In this document: positions 36,801 to 39,803 of the stretch, piece by piece
How the letters are laid out: every line of letters begins with the position of its first letter
Position numbering within the stretch: the first letter of the stretch is position 1
NCBI GenBank assembly: GCA_031414955.1
Contig: JANOQV010000301.1
Location: 1-39,803, forward strand
DNA: 39,803 bases
Direction: 5' to 3'
From: Pedosphaera sp.
Lineage (GTDB): Bacteria > Verrucomicrobiota > Verrucomicrobiia > Limisphaerales > SIBH01
The notes under the pieces: model-generated
Seen by the model: the letters and a program-made list of their open reading frames with translations, nothing else
Told to the model about the DNA's origin: nothing
Databases searched by the model: none
Program-made: the position numbers and the translations under genes

Positions 36801-39800
36801 CTCGGGCCGACTTATGCCCGGTTCCAGCATTCGCCCGTGGTGCCCGCCGTCAGCCAGGCGGCGACGATTTCCGTCGAGGCCCAGGATCCGAATGGCGTCG
36901 CCTCGGCCGCGCTCTTTTATTCCGTGGCCGGCGGGGCGTGGGTGAGCAATGCCATGACTTTGCAGAATGGTCTCTACACCGGAACCGTGCCCGGCCAGGC
37001 CGCCGCGTCGCTGGTGCAATTCTACGTGCGCGCCGTGGACGGGTTGGGCGCAGTCTCGACCTACCCGGCGCGGGGCAGCAACTCGGCCGCGCTTTACCGC
37101 GTGCTCGACGGCGCGGCCAATCTCGCGAGCCTGCACAACATCCGCATCCTGATGTCGCCGGCCAACGTATCGCTCCTGCACGCGAGCACCAATGTGATGA
37201 GCAACGAGGTGCTGCCCTGCACGGTGATCTACGACGAGCGCCTGGTGTACTACGACATGGGTGCCCGCCTGAAGAGCAGCGAGCGCGGACGCCCCTCCTC
37301 GGCCCGGGTTGGCTTTCACCTCGAGTTCCAGCCCGACGAGCTTTTCCGCGGCGTGCATCCGGTCATGCTCATTGATCGTTCGAACGGCGGCAGCCGCCCG
37401 GCCAATGAGGAGATCATCCTGCGCCACGTCATGCTGCATGCGGGCGTGCCGGCGGTGAATCCCGACCTGGTGCGCGTGCTCTCCCCGCAGGTCGCCGAGT
37501 ACGGCACGGCCATCCTGGCCCCACGTTTCGAGGATGAATTCGCCGGGGCCCAGTTTTCCGACGGGGGCGAAGGGGCGTTCTACGAACTGGAACTGATTTA
37601 CTACCCGCTCACGGCGGACGCGGGCGGCTACAAGATTCCGAACAGCGACAGCGTGCAAGGCTTGGACTACCAGAACCTCGGCGGCGAAAAAGAGCCGTAC
37701 CGCTACAACTTCATCAAGAAGAACCACCGTGACGCGGACGACTATTCGCAGTTCATCACCTTCGCCAAAATGTTCAGCCTGGGCGGGGCGCAACTCCAAC
37801 TCGAGACCAGTCAGACCATGGACATCAACGAGTGGATGAAAGCCTACGGAGCGGTGAGTCTTTGCGGCGTGGGCGACATGTATTCGTTTAGCGGGACCCC
37901 GCACAACTTCATGACCTACATCCGGGCCGACGATCAAAAGTCGCTCTATCTGCCGTGGGACATGGATTTCTCTTTCGCCAACCCCAACAACTCGGCGCTG
38001 GTGGGCGGTGCCAACCTGGGCAACGTCGTCAACCTCACGCCCAATTTGCGCTGCCTGTACGCGCACATTCTGGACCACGTTGACTCGACCTTTAACCCCG
38101 CCTACCTGACGTATTGGATCAATCACTACGGCGCCCTCGCCGGTCAGAATTATTCCGCCGACATCGCCTACGTTCAGGCGCGCGGCGATTTCGCCAAAAG
38201 CACCATTAGCGGCGCGGGTGGCAACACGGCTTTCAGCGTCAGCAGCGCGAGCGCCATCACCAATGGCAGCGGCCTGGTCACGCTCACCGGCACCGCGCCG
38301 GTCTGGGTCAAGACCATCACCATCAATGGCGTGGAGTATCCGGTCACCTGGACCTCCATCTCCGCCTGGTCCATCACCCTCCCGGTCAACACCTACAGCA
38401 ACCACCTGAACATCGAGGGCTGGACCTTGAATGACACGCTCACCAACACCGCCACGCGCCAGGTCTTCTACACCAACGCCGCGCCCGACCCGGCCGGCTC
38501 CGTGGTCTTCAACGAGATCATGTACAACCCGTATTTGCCGGACACCGCCTATGTCGAGTTGTTCAATACCTCCTCCAACGCGAGTTTCAGTCTGGGCGGC
38601 TGGCGCATCAACGGTTTGGATTTCACCTTTCCGCCCGGCGCATTCATCACCAATCGCCAGTACGTAATCGTGGCCGCCAATCCCGCCGCCTACGTCGGAG
38701 CTTATGGCGTGAATGCTGGTGCGCCCCTCGGCTTGTTCCCCTCGGGCAACTTGCAAAACAATGGCGAGACCCTCTCGCTCCTCCGTCCCGGCGCGACCAC
38801 GAACGACCCCATGATCGTCGTGGACCGGGTGCGCTACGATTCCGCCGCGCCGTGGTCCACCAATGCCAACGGCACCGGCTCGTCGTTGCAACTCATCGAC
38901 CCTCGCCAGGAAAACGCCCGCGTGGCCAATTGGTGGAGTTCGTATGTCCCGGCGGTTTTCTCCGGCGGCGTTTCCACTCCGGCTTCGACCAACGCTGGCT
39001 GGCGTTTCATCAGCGTCACGGGCATCGCCGGTCCTGGCTCGGGTGGCAACCAGATGCGGCTCGTGATCAATCTCGGCAATGGTGAAATCAACGGGGCCAC
39101 CGTGGTCATCGATGACCTCTGGGTCGTGGTGGGAACCAACGCCACCGTGGGCACGAACTTCGTGCGCAACGGCGACTTCGAAACTGGGCCGCTGCTTGAT
39201 GCCGTGCCCGTGACCAACAGTTGGCACATTGGCACCAACTACACCAACACCCTCATCGTGAGCGATCCTGTGCATGGTGGCGGTGGCGCACTCAAGATTG
39301 ACTGCCTGACTTTCGGCAATTCACAGCCGCGCGTCATTTCACAATTACTTTCACCCGCGCCGCTGACCAATGCGGTGCATACGCTGAGTTTCTGGTTCAA
39401 CGCCACCAACACGGCCACCAACCTCACGGTGAAGATTCTTAACAGCGGTCCGCTCAACGTGACGACCAACGTGCAGGTCACCATCACGCCGTCGAATTAC
39501 GTGCCGCCGCTCTTGGTGAGTCTGCCGACGAATTCTCTTTCCCCCGGCGTGGCCAATCAGAACGTGACCAACCTGGTGCTGCCGCCGCTCTGGATCAACG
39601 AGGTGCTGGCCGAGAATGTGACCGGGCTGCTCGACAGCTACGGCGAGCGCGAACCCTGGATTGAGTTGTACAACTCCACGACCAACGTGGTCGCGCTCGA
39701 AGGGCTGTATCTTTCCGACACCGCGACCAATCTCACGGCGTGGGCTTTCCCGCCCGGCGCGAGCCTCGGGCCGACGCAGTTCTTAATCGTCTTTTGCGAC

Positions 39801-39803
39801 GGC
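33879..39803 (+). CDS. Very large secreted lamin-tail-domain / CotH kinase family protein, 3' end beyond window
   Basis: Absent from the ORF track because it has no stop; frame checked at several points and at the window end; MKRLCLALVLL signal peptide; about five (F/I)NE..(W/Y)(V/I)EL(Y/F)N LTD units; NGNFE/NGDFE CBM-like units; CotH-like HNFMTY..PWDMD. Confidence 0.9.
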   Translation, partial: MKRLCLALVLLGVICVTRADTTLVFNEIMYHPRAVGTTNEAQHEWVELYNQMAVDLDVSNWRVSGEIEFTFPNGTRIPGKGFIVLARDAATLITETGLTNVIGYTGLSVTNNRLGNGGGTLQLRNNAGRLMDEVDYGTEGDWPVSPDGSGYTLAKRDRDFGSASPANWRASAQFGGSPGAENFAQPSNVRLLAVDASWKYDDTGTDLGTTWRDVAFNDLAWSSRFHLTNRSIPSLFNTGVGAGGAVQASGQPDPHYIFTAAAQGQVGAQATNINNNGAWVGNNLVSSWIGVADGAGNIAFGAFNYLTGFSLDGFILSTVQINMVVAVDNTIDDVRLNGVSKAISYGAFATFSSAFPITGFASGTNTLEFLTSNAGAAANPGGVRVEFTSSGLSLNTNTPLAAGRSTYYFRRHFTFNANPQYALLTLNPVLADGAVFYLNGVEVYRQNMPVGDPAYGTAANTNANIHYAGPVAISAASLLPGDNVLAVEVHQAAGSPDGPVLGAELLYSGLAEPAVTVTFNEFNGTTNTPFWIELYNYGSNSYSLSNHVIALDTSSGNTNYFDGQYVFPANTVLAAGGFLAVSNSTLGFALSSGDKLLFLGSTSGVPVLDALVLKKGPRARFPDGAGEWLVPSAPTPGTNNEFSFRNEIVFNEIMYHHKAFPPVTTNIPPKENPEAWIELYNRGTGTVSLAGWELDGGVRYNFPSNATLAAGAYLLLADDKAALQAAYPGLTILGNLNGRLSHSHEELVLRDPSGNPADRVHYYDSGRWPRFADGGGSSLELRDANADNAKAEAWAASDESGQAGWVSYSYRLVANPSVTASPDAQWRDFVLGLLADGECYVDDLSVIQSPGTPGAIEFLSNGNFESGMTGWRAVGNHRLSRVDIDPANPSNHALHVIARGPQEHMHNHIELTLPNNRSLTNGQTYEVSFRARWIAGNHLLNTRGYFNRIARTTPLAYPQNNGTPGGVNSRYVANLGPTYARFQHSPVVPAVSQAATISVEAQDPNGVASAALFYSVAGGAWVSNAMTLQNGLYTGTVPGQAAASLVQFYVRAVDGLGAVSTYPARGSNSAALYRVLDGAANLASLHNIRILMSPANVSLLHASTNVMSNEVLPCTVIYDERLVYYDMGARLKSSERGRPSSARVGFHLEFQPDELFRGVHPVMLIDRSNGGSRPANEEIILRHVMLHAGVPAVNPDLVRVLSPQVAEYGTAILAPRFEDEFAGAQFSDGGEGAFYELELIYYPLTADAGGYKIPNSDSVQGLDYQNLGGEKEPYRYNFIKKNHRDADDYSQFITFAKMFSLGGAQLQLETSQTMDINEWMKAYGAVSLCGVGDMYSFSGTPHNFMTYIRADDQKSLYLPWDMDFSFANPNNSALVGGANLGNVVNLTPNLRCLYAHILDHVDSTFNPAYLTYWINHYGALAGQNYSADIAYVQARGDFAKSTISGAGGNTAFSVSSASAITNGSGLVTLTGTAPVWVKTITINGVEYPVTWTSISAWSITLPVNTYSNHLNIEGWTLNDTLTNTATRQVFYTNAAPDPAGSVVFNEIMYNPYLPDTAYVELFNTSSNASFSLGGWRINGLDFTFPPGAFITNRQYVIVAANPAAYVGAYGVNAGAPLGLFPSGNLQNNGETLSLLRPGATTNDPMIVVDRVRYDSAAPWSTNANGTGSSLQLIDPRQENARVANWWSSYVPAVFSGGVSTPASTNAGWRFISVTGIAGPGSGGNQMRLVINLGNGEINGATVVIDDLWVVVGTNATVGTNFVRNGDFETGPLLDAVPVTNSWHIGTNYTNTLIVSDPVHGGGGALKIDCLTFGNSQPRVISQLLSPAPLTNAVHTLSFWFNATNTATNLTVKILNSGPLNVTTNVQVTITPSNYVPPLLVSLPTNSLSPGVANQNVTNLVLPPLWINEVLAENVTGLLDSYGEREPWIELYNSTTNVVALEGLYLSDTATNLTAWAFPPGASLGPTQFLIVFCDG

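Noticed and set aside
34239..39275. 802-aa and 871-aa minus-strand ORFs
   Set aside because: Shadows of the plus-strand LTD/CotH gene starting at 33879

Overview
GC-rich bacterial DNA, most consistent with Verrucomicrobiota (inferred from gene content and repeat style). The left part holds a B12-dependent methionine synthase (metH) lacking its homocysteine-binding domain, a pseudogene fragment, secreted carbohydrate-active or surface proteins, a membrane pseudokinase, and a HEAT/response-regulator-DUF4388/roadblock-like operon. The centre is a minus-strand complex I operon nuoB-N (16105-32610; nuoA absent) with a Rex/CRP-like box upstream. Six of its junctions carry insertions: two ~140-bp heptamer-repeat hairpins (D/E, I/J), a MenT/AbiEii-like nucleotidyltransferase module plus an antisense tRNA-Gln (E/F), an inverted-repeat-flanked GxxExxY nuclease gene (J/K), MNT-HEPN (L/M) and Phd-VapC (M/N). 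The non-coding insertions, including the antisense tRNA, are each spanned by an unannotated mini-ORF that overlaps the upstream stop and ends at or next to the downstream start, so translational coupling looks almost continuous. The right part holds a secreted EEP-family nuclease/phosphatase and a >=1975-codon lamin-tail/CotH protein that runs off the window.
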